A stretch of DNA of 63,890 bases, filler included, from Octopus bimaculoides (lineage: Eukaryota), in NCBI RefSeq assembly GCF_001194135.2. It is 5 parts of 5 records of this genome, joined end to end, with 100 filler letters (N's around TTAATTAATTAA, not from the genome) between each part and the next. Parts side by side here need not be neighbours in the genome. Positions count along the whole stretch, not along the records: positions 21,340 to 32,311 come from NC_068981.1; positions 32,412 to 59,186 come from NC_068987.1; 3 more parts are not named here. One strand, given 5' to 3'. Below are positions 25,276 to 38,454 of the stretch, one piece after another. The position numbers and the translations under genes are program-made. The notes below the pieces were generated by a model. That model saw only the letters and a list, made by a program, of their open reading frames with translations. It did no database searches and was not told where the DNA came from. Positions within the stretch are counted from its first letter, which is position 1, and each line of letters starts with the position of its first letter.

Positions 25276-27052
25276 AGCGAGAGGAGGGGCAGAGAGACAT
25301 AAAGTAGCAAAAAATATCGATCTCTTAAATGAATGCGGAGTACAGGTATACATGAATAACCCTTGCTACTGGACTAGCACTTCTCAAATCGACTTCATTA
25401 ATTGAACTAATGCTGGATTGGTAAAAGCAGATGGTGCAATGCTTAGCATCGGAAAAGGTGACATTTCGCTTGAATATCAAGACAATTAGCTTCATCGCTA
25501 ACGTTTCAGAAAACATGATATAAGCAAGTAGCTAGAAGAAATTGGCGGGGGAAAGGAATAGATATTAGATTTGATCAGACTGTCTAGATTTAAAATACAG
25601 GAAATATTTTAAAATGAATGATAATGTATTGATGAAACTAGCTATAGCTTAGACAAAGCTGGTAGATTTTAATTCGTTGCCGTTGTCCACCCTGTTCATA
25701 TGAGCAAAGAGTCCTTGATCACATTATTCAAAGTGTTCTTTTCGTAGATGATGGGGTGATTTAAGGGAGAATTGGTTGCTACTTCTTGTAGATCGATTGA
25801 TACGCAACTGCTTCGTCGTTGGCATGAAAAGAGGGAGACTGTAGAAGTATGTAAACAATGCAAAAGATTTTGTGCTTTGTGAATAATAAACGAAACTGAA
25901 AAAGTTCGGACCAAATTGATGGTAGAGACTAACAACGTAAAGAGATATAACTACATACTGCCAGGTATTTAGTCCGTCATTGCTACTGCTGCATCAACTT
26001 AAGTAATATCATTTACAATAATAATTTATAACACTTTTACATGTATTTATTGGAAAGAACTTAAATAAGTCAAATAAATTGCTCCGCACATTGTCCGTTT
26101 ACCACATTTCTCTCATTGGCTTAGGACAATCCATGACTATGTCAGAAAATACTTGTCTGAAATGCACCAATTTAGGGCAATAAACTGGCGGGATCGTTAG
26201 GGCGCCAGACGAAATAGATGGCTTTTGGTGTTTAAACCAACTCTTTTTGTTCTGATATCAAATCCTACTGCCGCTTACTTGGGTTGCAGAGTTAATCTAT
26301 CACCCAGTTTAATACCACCATCCGGCCCTTGGAATCCTCTCTGTTGCAAGCATCCGTATCAGATCTCCCATGGGAAGATAACTGCCTCCCACTCTTCTAT
26401 CAGCCTCTCAGGTCCGGTTAAGAATTACCGGGTACTGCCATCCCTCCCTTCTAAGTGCTAAAGTGGACATACAGCCCCACAACCCACCACAGACAATATA
26501 TTTTCTTTACTCGAAACTGTGTCAAGCAAAGTTCATAGGCCATACTTAGGGATCAGGCTGAGAGAAATTTTGGAGTAATATTAATACAGGAAAAATTCTC
26601 TCTCACTATACATACACACACGCGCGCGTACACACACACACACACACACATACATGAAGGTCATTTGTTATGGTCTGTCACAGAGTGACCACTGGTTTCG
26701 CACCTATGAAGCGTTTAGCTGTATAAGCTACTCGTCAGACCTAAATGGCCGGAGGCACATAACCTCTCTACAACTAGAGGGAGGAAATACGTTATGATCA
26801 GTTAATTTTGTAAACAAACATTTCCGGTATCGACCAGACTGTCAGATATTGTTATGCACCGCTGGTCACCATGTGCTTCATCGCATTGTTGTAGCTTTCG
26901 AATGATGCCACCCTGCAATCCTCCTTGATCGGAACGTTAGTCTGTAGCAGACTTACCTATTTATACATGCGTATACATTTAAAATAATGGCAATAAAATA
27001 ATTGACAAAAGATTTAAATGAAATATGATAATAATCTATGTATCTATGTATG

Positions 27053-27105
<53 letters not shown>

Positions 27106-28271
27106 GTCTGTATGTCTGTCTGTCTGTCTGACTGTCTGTCTGTCTGTCTGTCTGTCTATTTATCTGTCTGTCAGTCTGTTCGTCCGTGTATGTATGTATG
27201 TATCTCGCTATTAATCTACACACTGTAAGTACAATAATGAGTGTAAGTAATTCATCCAGTTACACAAATGCTGAAATATTCTGAGAATGTATTCGATTAT
27301 AAAAAAAAAGCGAGAAAGAAAGAAAGAAAGATAACAACCAAAGCTATCTACGTTAAATGAGTATTTTTCATATTATTTCTCAAACTCAATGTAAAAGTTG
27401 ACTAAATTTTATCACTATTAAACAACCCATGCAAGTGGCTTTTACAAGTCGTTTTCTGTAATGTTAATATCACATTGAGTGCAGAACTACAGCAAAAAGA
27501 TATTAAAAATATATCATTCCAAAATACAGCTCGTAAAATATATTTTGTATATCAGCATACAATAACAATTTCTCTAGGTATACAAGTGAATGATGATATT
27601 AAAATATGAGGATTTTTTTTTTTTTGCAAAATAAATTTCACAAAAATAGGAAAGAAAAAGATAAACTTTTAGAGCAGAGAAAGAAATTTCTTAAAGGAAC
27701 ATAAATTTTAAAATAATTTGAGATTCATATAATTACGTTTATCTATACGTATATACGAGCACAAACACGCATACACATGTATCTCTCTCCCTCCCACCTC
27801 TCTCTGTCTATCTAGACCTACATAAACACACCCATATTAGTGTACATATGAATGTATGCATGTATGTATACATGAATGTGTCTATGTCTCTCGTTCTCTG
27901 CACATTTATGCACACACACATATACCCCTACTCTTGGCTATGTGCGTATGTCTGTGTGTATATACCTATGCATGTATATCTATCTATCTATCTATCTATC
28001 TATGCCTACACAAACACACGCAAGTATATGTGCATGAGTGTATATAGGAATGTATGTGTATGCATGCGTGTATGTATCTCTCTCTCTCTCTCTCTGCACA
28101 TTTATCAGCGCACACGCACGAGGAAATGCTTGTGTGTGTGTGTATATATACATATGTGTGCGCACCCACACCCGCGCACGCACCCACACGCGCGCACATA
28201 CACACATGCACACACTCACACAAATACATTTATGGTCGGTCACACACACACACACGCACACACACGCACAC

Positions 28272-28311
<40 letters not shown>

Positions 28312-28584
28312 GCACTCAAATTTGTTTTTGTAAATTTGGAGCATAAGTGTGTAATATATGTTGAATTTAGATAATTCGCCCCAAACGCTGAAATGCTTTC
28401 TTTACACACTTTTATTAGCATTTTTCCAGAGAAAGAAAAAATTTTGTTTTATGAAGTTACGTAATGAGTTTTAAGAAGAAAAGCGAAGTTCCATGAGTTT
28501 TCACATTTTCATCATCTATCTTTAGGGTTAAAATCACAGTTAAAGCAGTAGAAATTAAAATCGTAAATTTAAGCGCAGGCATGG

Positions 28585-28950
28585 CTCTGTGGTTAAGAAA
28601 TTCGTTTTGCAGCTCCTTAGTTTCAGTGTCTGGCGGCAACTTGGGCAAGTGCCTCCTCCTACAGCTCCCTAGATGGCCAATGCCTTGTGAGTGAATTTGC
28701 TAGATAGAAACTATGGATACCCGTCGTGTATAAGTGTGTGTTGTGTCAACCTGTGCTTGTGCCCTTACTTCTTGACAATGGGTGTAGGTTAGCTTACGTC
28801 TCCGTAACTTAGCAGATCGTCAAAAGAATCCGATAGGATAAGCACTAGATTTACAAAATAAATGCTGGAGTCGATTTATTCGACTTAAATCCAGTCAAGG
28901 GTTGGGCTCCAGCACGGCCGCAGTGCAGTGACAGATACAAGTGAAAGATG
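28585..28950 (+). mobile_element. Diverged SINE family B copy
   Basis: Recognisable head (ggctctgtggttaagaa..), middle (gccttgtgagtgaatttg) and tail (gctccagcacggccgcag). Confidence 0.7.
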
Positions 28951-29314
28951 AAAGCTAGAAGTGGATAATTCTTATTCTAAATTTTTCTTTAGAATACAAA
29001 AAAGTTTGTAAAAAGCATTTAAAACACATAAAGTGTACATTTAAGTTTTTTTTCATTGGAAGTGTACAATAAGTTTCTTTTAAAGTTAGAATTAAAGTTT
29101 GTGCGTAAATAGCTTTAATTACAACCTCAATAGCAAGATTAAGTCACGTTCTTTTTTTTTTCTTCTTGTGTTAGATAAGAACAGGAAATTGCATGTCGTA
29201 GTTGATATTAAAAGACAAATTGATGTTCTTTCTGAAATAGGCACAACAGATTTTAAAATCCATATGATAGTGAAGCACATGAGTTTACTGCCAACATCCA
29301 GATCCCTATACAGC

Positions 29315-29387
<73 letters not shown>

Positions 29388-30127
29388 NNNNNNNNNNNNN
29401 NNNNNNNNNNNNNNNNNNNNNNNNNNNNNNNNNNNNNNNNNNNNNNNNNNNNNNNNNNNNNNNNNNNNNNNNNNNNNNNNNNNNNNNNNNNNNNNNNNNN
29501 NNNNNNNNNNNNNNNNNNNNNNNNNNNNNNNNNNNNNNNNNNNNNNNNNNNNNNNNNNNNNNNNNNNNNNNNNNNNNNNNNNNNNNNNNNNNNNNNNNNN
29601 NNNNNNNNNNNNNNNNNNNNNNNNNNNNNNNNNNNNNNNNNNNNNNNNNNNNNNNNNNNNNNNNNNNNNNNNNNNNNNNNNNNNNNNNNNNNNNNNNNNN
29701 NNNNNNNNNNNNNNNNNNNNNNNNNNNNNNNNNNNNNNNNNNNNNNNNNNNNNNNNNNNNNNNNNNNNNNNNNNNNNNNNNNNNNNNNNNNNNNNNNNNN
29801 NNNNNNNNNNNNNNNNNNNNNNNNNNNNNNNNNNNNNNNNNNNNNNNNNNNNNNNNNNNNNNNNNNNNNNNNNNNNNNNNNNNNNNNNNNNNNNNNNNNN
29901 NNNNNNNNNNNNNNNNNNNNNNNNNNNNNNNNNNNNNNNNNNNNNNNNNNNNNNNNNNNNNNNNNNNNNNNNNNNNNNNNNNNNNNNNNNNNNNNNNNNN
30001 NNNNNNNNNNNNNNNNNNNNNNNNNNNNNNNNNNNNNNNNNNNNNNNNNNNNNNNNNNNNNNNNNNNNNNNNNNNNNNNNNNNNNNNNNNNNNNNNNNNN
30101 NNNNNNNNNNNNNNNNNNNNNNNNNNN

Positions 30128-30164
<37 letters not shown>

Positions 30165-31784
30165 ATGTGTGTGTATAAAGTCAGTAATGTACAAGCATTT
30201 ATTTGGATTGCATTCTTGTGTAAATAATGCCTGTGACCACTAAGATTAATGAAGTAGGAGCTGTTATATTGAATATAATAAACTAAGAAAATATAACCCA
30301 ATAAAACGAGATTATTCGTAGAAGGTCAGAAAAGAACAAAATATTCGGTTCTCTGGTTGTGTCACCACAGAACCAAATGTTAGACTCACTCCCCATTGCT
30401 TGCACTTTTGATTAATTAGTTTTAATCAATTCAAACACTGGGGTTACCTCCCTTACCTTCTTTTTCCACAAATAGTTTTTAATGATACTTTCTCTCCCAT
30501 CAATACGAGTGCAATTTTCAATCAAATTTCAATTAAAATTTCTTGCTTCGCGACATCAAACATATTAACGCCTAAACTGCTGTGTTATTTCCAACAATGG
30601 CGCTCATCCACAATCTACTCGTCAGTTTACATATTTCGTTGTATTTATTATCATTGTATTATGTTCGCCACCTAGACCTACTTTAAATCATATATGAATG
30701 AACTAGTGTATATCTGTTGTGGTAACTCAATCTGTGGCAACTCAGTGATAATATCTCATTGCCAAAATAACGATGGAAACACACCAGCAATGGCTGAACA
30801 TATCAGTAAACTAACAGTTGCCACTGAACAAATATAAATTATCATATAGAAGCATAACCGACGAACGGATTTATTTTTAGGCGAAACATGCTCGCGCGCG
30901 CGAGCACACACACACACACACACACTTGTTTACAGAGAGGAAGAGAGAGAGAGAGAGAGAGGGGGGAGGAGACAAAGGTAGTAGAAAAAATGGAATTGTG
31001 AGAGTGGGTGTTAAAGTGACAAAGAAATGGAAAAAGAAAAGCAATATAAATGAATATATGTGTGTGTGTGTGTGTGTGAGTGCGTGTGTGTGTGTATGTA
31101 CGCATACATATATACATACGTATAATATGTATGTATNNNNNNNNNNNNNNNNNNNNNNNNNNNNNNNNNNNNNNNNNNNNNNNNNNNNNNNNNNNNNNNN
31201 NNNNNNNNNNNNNNNNNNNNNNNNNNNNNNNNNNNNNNNNNNNNNNNNNNNNNNNNNNNNNNNNNNNNNNNNNNNNNNNNNNNNNNNNNNNNNNNNNNNN
31301 NNNNNNNNNNNNNNNNNNNNNNNNNNNNNNNNNNNNNNNNNNNNNNNNNNNNNNNNNNNNNNNNNNNNNNNNNNNNNNNNNNNNNNNNNNNNNNNNNNNN
31401 NNNNNNNNNNNNNNNNNNNNNNNNNNNNNNNNNNNNNNNNNNNNNNNNNNNNNNNNNNNNNNNNNNNNNNNNNNNNNNNNNNNNNNNNNNNNNNNNNNNN
31501 NNNNNNNNNNNNNNNNNNNNNNNNNNNNNNNNNNNNNNNNNNNNNNNNNNNNNNNNNNNNNNNNNNNNNNNNNNNNNNNNNNNNNNNNNNNNNNNNNNNN
31601 NNNNNNNNNNNNNNNNNNNNNNNCCATCCTCTCTCTAGTATAATGATATATAAATTTAGATAGACAAAGAATCCATTTTGTGATTGGTTGATTTCAAAGA
31701 ACAGTAAACGACTCCGTTAATGGCGGTCTCAGCGGAAGCGAGGAAGTAAAACATTTAAATGAGATATTTACAAATAACAAGAGC

Positions 31785-31825
<41 letters not shown>

Positions 31826-31837
31826 TGTGTACGTGCG

Positions 31838-31876
<39 letters not shown>

Positions 31877-32030
31877 ATAGTAGGGAAATATACTAAAATT
31901 ACTATAATGATATACAGGAGGAGGGTACAATAAAAATGAGAAAGAATTGTATGAGAGGAAATTACAGTGAGATAAATAGCTAGATAGATAGATAGATTAA
32001 TAGATAGATAGACACATATATATATAGATG

Positions 32031-32084
<54 letters not shown>

Positions 32085-32237
32085 CAGATAGATAGATACA
32101 TACATACATACATACATACATACATACATACATACATAAGAAGCAAGAACAAAACAAGTTGGAAGGATAGTTTCTGGGGGTTAAAAGGACCAAAAAAAAG
32201 GACTAAATCTATTTCATTATTCAGTATTGGAAAGGCA

Positions 32238-32311
<74 letters not shown>

Positions 32312-32411
32312 NNNNNNNNNNNNNNNNNNNNNNNNNNNNNNNNNNNNNNNNNNNNTTAATTAATTAANNNNNNNNNNNNNNNNNNNNNNNNNNNNNNNNN
32401 NNNNNNNNNNN
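32312..32411. other. Artificial scaffold join (44N-TTAATTAATTAA-44N); also at 21240-21339, 59187-59286 and 61695-61794
   Basis: Identical 100-nt structure four times; the palindromic 12-mer has stops in all six frames. Confidence 0.9.
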
Positions 32412-32459
<48 letters not shown>

Positions 32460-32665
32460 TATATACAGCAGGTTTCTTTTAGTTTCCTTCTACCTAGTCG
32501 ATCTAAGGGGAAAGAAGACACTTGCCTACGGTGCAAAGACTGAACTGAAACCATGTGGTTGGGAAGCAAATGTCTTAACTACACATCATGCCTTTGTCCC
32601 TGAATCAAAATAAAAAGATTGGGTCAGATATAAAATGGAACACCAAAAGATAAATTCCAACTCAC

Positions 32666-32847
32666 TTTCTGGACATGATTTATTTCATCATGTTTACGTT
32701 TCTGGTTCCGTGTGATTTTACGGTCAGTACCATCACTAAGATCTGTGAGAGTAATTGATAAATCTTTGCCTTTGTTCTGCTGGTCTTCAAGTTTGGTCTG
32801 GAGATCAAATCGATCAACATTAACCCATTCATCCAATCGACGATTAA
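32666..32847 (-). CDS. KAT8: KAT8/MOF coding exon 3 (NRRLDEWV...RKITRNQKRKHDEINHVQK)
   Basis: 182 nt between ttcctatttgcag and gtgagt. NRRLDEWV is the chromobarrel motif; RKITRNQKRKHDEINHVQK is identical to the human KAT8 segment and distinguishes it from KAT5/Tip60. Confidence 0.95.
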
Positions 32848-33359
32848 CTGCAAATAGGAATATCATTCCTAGAGTGATACAGCAACAATCAATGGAAATA
32901 TGTATTAGTTTTAACTACACGTTTTCAAAAGTAATGAAAAATAAAAGTATTCTTAATGCATTCTAGTTTCATTATTTACATAAAAGAAATTTTCAGAGTT
33001 CCTCTGACTGAAACAAAACTGTAACCCAAGACATTTTCTAAAAAAACTGAAGCAGTTATGAACCTCTTGTAATATTTAGATCATTTAAATAACTAAAAAT
33101 CACATGTTTAAATGTTATAAATGCTGTTTAAAAGTTTGAGGTTTTCTTTGTAATAGAATTTATCAAAATTAACAATGACTTTAATAGCTAACATTTGGAA
33201 GAACAAGTATCTAACAGATTAGGAACTAAAAACGATAGTATTATGAACAGTTAAAGAAAAGGGATAAAGAAAGGATGACCAAATATGGTCCCTATAAAAG
33301 GCAAGTCATCAATAAATGTAGAGATCAAAGAAAGGGAAATATTTTGTCTTCAGATAAAA

Positions 33360-35250
33360 ATAGACCCAACAGAGGAACCAGCTATCTTGAATCAATAGAA
33401 GCTTAGTAGATAAAGCAATTAAGGATATGAAGACAGGGAAAGCCCCTGGCCCATCAGGAATCACCAGAGATGCTTAAAATATCTGGCAGAGTAAGATATG
33501 GCCAAGTCACCTGTATAGTAAGTCAGGCTGTCCATGAGGGAGTCATACCAAACAATTGGTGTAGCAACATTATAGTCAGCTGCTACAAAGGCAAAGGTGA
33601 TGCCTGAAACAGAAACAATTACAGAGGCATCAAATTGCTGGAACAGAAGATAGAAGTCACAAAAAGGATCATAGCTCAATTAATTAGGAAGAGAGTTAGT
33701 GTAGATGAGATGCAGTTTGGATTTGTGCCAGGTAGAAGCACAACTGATACTATATTCCTGGTTAGGCAATTGCAGAGAAGTATTTAGCCAAAAATAAACC
33801 TCTGTACTTGGTTTTTGCTGACACAGAGAAAGCTTTTGACAGGGTACCCCGCTCTCTTATCTGGTGGTCAATGCAGATAGCTATACAAACCATGTACAGG
33901 GATATTGTAAGGTGAGGGTTGGCAATGAGTATAGCAATGAATTCAGTGTACAAGTAGGAGTTCACAAAGGATTAGTCCTCAGGCCCATTGTTTACCTTAG
34001 TCTTCCAGGCCTTAACAGAGGAATTCAAGAGCAGCTGCTACTGGGAGCTCCGCTACACTGATGACCTTGTTCTTATAGCTGAATCACTACCTGACTTAGA
34101 GGGGTTTAGTATTAATTTAGCGAAAATCAAATTCCTAGTAAGTAGGAAAACAGACAAATCACAAATCCCTTCAAAGAAATGGCCTTGCATGATATCTAAG
34201 AAGAGTGTTGGTAGAAACTCCATACGTTGTACCCAGTGCAAGCTTTGGACAGATAAGAGGTGTAGTGGTATCAAAGGAAGGTTAACAGAGAAAATAGTCT
34301 TCGTGTATGACAAATGTGTAGGTATAGTAAGCACTAAAAATGCACAGACAATACATTCTCTCAAATGCTTGGGGAGAGCATTAGAAGTGGTAGATAACTT
34401 CTGTTACCTAGGAAACAAAGTTAGCAGTGGAGGAGGAAGTTCTGAAAGTGTAGTTGCTAGAATAAGAACAGGCTAGGTAAAAGTTCAGAGAGCTTCTACC
34501 TTTGTTGGTAACTAAGGGCCTCTCACTCAGAGTGAAAGGCAGATTGTATGATGCTTGTGTATGTACAGTTATGCTACATAGCAGTGAAACATGGGCTTTG
34601 ACTACAAAGGACTTGCAAAGGCTTGAAAGAAATAAAGCTAGCATGCTCCACTGGATGGGTAATGTCAGTGTGCATGCATGACAGAGTGTAAACGATTCAA
34701 GAGGAAAACTGAGTATAAGAGGCATCAGATGTTGTGCACAAGAGAGAAGACTGCGCTGGTTCGGTCATGTGATGTGTATAGATGAGGACAGCCGCATAAA
34801 GAAGTGCCAAGCCCTAATTGTGGAGGAAAGCTGTGGAATGGGTAGACCCAGGAAGACATGGGATGAAGTGGTGAGAAAGGATCTTCGTACGCTGGGCCTC
34901 GCTAAGGAAATGACAAGGGACCAGGATTTGTGGCAATTTGCTGTAATTGAGAAGATGCATCAAGCTAAGTAAAATTGCTGTCATCCACACATAGTCTTGT
35001 CCTTTGCAGGTGCCAGTGCCACATAAAATGCACTCATGTTGGTGCTGCATAAACATACACATGCCAGTGGCACGTAAAAAGCACCCAGTACACTCTGTAA
35101 AGTCATTGGCATTAGGAATGGGGATCCAGCCATAAAATCCATGCCACAACAGACAATTAGAGTATGGACAGCTCCCCGGCTGATCAGCTCCATGTCACTG
35201 TCCAACCCATGCCAGCATAGAAAATGAACGTTAACTGAGATGATAATGAA
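33360..35250 (+). mobile_element. Degenerate RTE LINE in KAT8 intron 2, antisense to KAT8
   Basis: KAIKDMKTGKAPGPSG..YKGKGDA..QFGFVPGRST.D.IF..DTEKAFDRVP..QVGVHKG.VL.P..LRYTDDLVL..CYLG..GRPRKTW, then the RTE 3' UTR; many stops and frameshifts. Confidence 0.93.
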
Positions 35251-35370
35251 GAAACGATTTGATGAAATTTTCAAGTAACATCTCTGTAATTACTTTCATT
35301 ACTAGTGGCAGAAAAACAAATATTAAAACATCGATAACAATGATCCATGCTACTAAACTATGTAACTTAC

Positions 35371-35445
35371 ATCCTTCATAGTGAACATAATATTCATGTC
35401 TTCCTGCATTCTCATTGCTTCGAGTTTGAATAATTTCAGCTGCAT
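35371..35445 (-). CDS. KAT8: KAT8/MOF coding exon 2 ((H)AAEIIQTRSNENAGRHEYYVHYEG(F))
   Basis: 75-nt exon, not in the ORF track, bounded by tatatcag/AT and T/gtaagt. Its translation aligns without gaps to human [26 protein letters not shown]. Phases 1/1 join exons 1 and 3 in frame. Confidence 0.93.
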
Positions 35446-35859
35446 CTGATATATAAAACGAAACAATAAATAATATTTATACATCTAAAATCAGTTTTAT
35501 GTGGATAATCAACTGAAGTTCATGTATGATGACTAATCTAAGACTCAATATACAACACATATTAATTATTTTAAAACAAAATGGGCATATAAACACAAGA
35601 AACTGAGTACTAAGTTTTTTTTCACTTTCAAGTGTCATTTGGGTCTTAAATCACACTTAGTTTTAAAATGTTTTAATATATATATGTGGATGAGAAGCTT
35701 GCTTCCCAACCATGTAATCTTGGGTTCAGTCTCACTGCATGGCACCTTGAGCTTTGTCTTCTACTATAGCCCCAAGCTGATCAAATAGATTTGATAGTTA
35801 GAAACTGAAAGAAGCCCATAACACACACACATATATAGACACATATATGTTTGTTTTTG

Positions 35860-36085
35860 TGTGTACCCTTGTCTAGACATCATGTGATGGTTGTAATTGA
35901 GCATCACCATCACACAGATGAGGTTGTTCATTTCCAGTCTTCAATGAAAAATGTGTCTGGCCGTGGGGAAATATCACCTTGCTTGGAAACAGGTGAAGGT
36001 TGGCAATAGGAAGTGCATCAACTTGTAGAAAATCTGCCTCAGAAAATTCCATCTGACCCATTCAAGCTTGAAAAAGTGAATATAA
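35860..36085 (-). mobile_element. RTE-type 3' UTR fragment in KAT8 intron 1, preceded by a SINE B head (35690-35820)
   Basis: Minus strand reads caagcttgaatgggtcagatggaattttctgaggcagattttctacaagttgatgcacttcctattgccaacc, an RTE-tail-like motif. Confidence 0.55.
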
Positions 36086-37464
36086 AATGATTTTATACAT
36101 ACACACAATAGAGACAGACAAAAGAATGATAAAAAGAGGATTAAAATGAAAGCAGAATAAGGTATTTCAGCTGCTCTGTCTTAACACTGAAATGCTCTCT
36201 AAATTTTCTCTGCAAGATATCCATTAAGTTCATTTTTATTACAACCCGTCACTTCAAGGGGGGGAAAAAAACTAATAGGTGGAAGGAAGATAATTTCATT
36301 AACCCCAAATCAGCTTTTAAAATCTTGTGAACTACTTTCTATGGGGGGAACTGATACCATGAAATCGTTTTCAAATTTTTGTAGTGACTCAATATCAAAT
36401 TTCATATTGCTTCTAGAATTAATACTGAAGTACTGAACTAGCCTTACTTCATTCAACACTATTAGCTTCGACTATGACTATCAATCATATCTAAACACGT
36501 TAGAGGCGGTTATGTCCCCTTATTACTATCAATGGTTAATATGCTTGAAATGATTCTGAGTAGGGATCAGAAAAGCAAATGAAACATGCAAATATATTAA
36601 ACAAATAGGTAAAATATATACTAATATTGAAAAATTAATCAACAATATTGAAAAGTATTTCTAAAAATTACCAAATGTTAAAGAGGTTACAACAATACTA
36701 ACAAACTGATTGTAATATTTTTTTCAATATTTTCTATAGAAAACTAAAATATACTCCTGTATTAGGTTGAACTTTTAGCGTAGCATCAATTTTTGTAATA
36801 TTGTAAATACGATTTCAAGGGAGCTTATAAATATCACATATCTATATTGTCAACAAACAAAAGGTTAATTTACTTTTTATCTTCCCTCCTTTATTTTTTT
36901 TTTACAATAATACCATTAAGACTATACCATTTGAATTGGCTTAAAAAAGGGAGAACGTAACTAAGTTACATGTAATCAGTTTTATGTATAAAACTGACAA
37001 AAAATATAGTGATTTAGTCATGCTAAATATATGAAAACAAGCTGAGGGTTAAACATAAAGAAATTGCTAGATTTAAAAGTTAAGGAATCTCGTTCCTGAA
37101 GCACATGTTTTCATAACAAATGTATATGGGATATAGTATGACATTTCTAACTCAAAAGATATCATTAATGGAGTAAGGTTATCAATTAAAGAAAAATGTG
37201 TAAAAAGTATGAGCAAAGCTATATACAAATGAAGTAACTATAAAATAAGTGTAACATTTCAGAGATAAACGAAAAATAAACGCGGTAAACTACATACAAC
37301 TCGATTTATAAACTACATTACGAAAATTAAAAGATTTATATTTGCAAATATTGGAAGAATTGATATCTTGTATTGAGAAGACTTAGACTTTAAATGACGA
37401 ATTATATCTATTAATCTAATAAATTATTTTAATATGGAAAATATTGCGTTATGAAAGACCGTAC

Positions 37465-37663
37465 GCCATGTATTGTCTGGACGCATAACAAGATAATAAT
37501 CTCCAATTCCAGGATAGACTTCAGATTCATTGTTTTCTTCTTTTTTATCCTCTTCTTTGGGTGGATGCTCCTGCATAATAACCGTATTTTCAGAGCCACT
37601 CAGAACTGTACTCTGTGAACTTGAATCTGACATGGAAGGAGTTTTCTTGTCGCAGTCCGCCAT
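37465..37663 (-). CDS. KAT8: KAT8/MOF histone acetyltransferase, coding exon 1 (MADCDKK...GIGDYYLVMRPDNTW)
   Basis: ATG at 37663-37661; 66 codons + 1 nt, then a GT donor (gtacgg). GDYYLVMRPDNTW matches the start of the MOF chromobarrel (human GETYLCRRPDSTW). Phase 1 fits the next exon. Confidence 0.9.
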
Positions 37664-38129
37664 TTCTAAGTTACGATATATTATTAAATTATAAGCCAAC
37701 GTTTCGTAATCTGTTTCCTAAATTTCGAATCTAAAATATAGATTTTTTGAAAATTTTATGCTCTTGAATTTTTTATTGAAACAATTAAACTGAATAATTA
37801 GTTAGACTAATTACTTTATTTTAATTTATTCCTTAAAAAATAATTCCTTAAGCGTTTTGCTGAGAGTTTTAGTTGTTAACATATTTAATGCAGGTCATAT
37901 TAAAAATACAACTAGAAATAAATATGCGTCAAGGAAAACACAGTAACAGTCAATCTATTGGTAATTGTTCAGTTTAGGTATATTAAAAAAGTAAATAAAA
38001 ATTGAGGGGGAGATAACTAGTATTGGTAATTCAGTTTAGGGATATTAAAAAAGTAAATAAAAATTAAAGGTGAGATAACTAGTAAATAGCAAATCAACAT
38101 TCTTTTTCTTTCTTTTTCTCAACTTACTG

Positions 38130-38335
38130 TTAAACAATAAATACTGCAGTAAGGTAACATGGTGAATTACAATTTTCGCACATGTATAAAATCATATTTA
38201 GTCGACGCTGTGCCAACCACTGAAAAATCTCGTCTCGTGATTCGGCTAATTGGGTGACATTCCAATATTGATTCACAGTTGACGATTTGAATTTCAGGAA
38301 CAATGAATTGTAGTCCCGCTGGTCTTCCATGTGCC
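38130..38335 (-). mobile_element. Possible Merlin/IS1595-like transposase N-terminal fragment
   Basis: TQLAESRDEIFQWLAQRRL...MCENCNSPCYL has the helix + CxxC zinc-ribbon layout I associate with Merlin/ISXO2 transposases. No DDE part seen. Confidence 0.3.
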
Positions 38336-38454
38336 ATTCTGATCAATTCCAAAGTAAATAATATCCAGAGGGATGTCAGGGAATTATTAATCTACAACAT
38401 GACAAATAAAATCGAAGAAAAGGATTACTTTCACATACATGTGTGTCGACTTGT

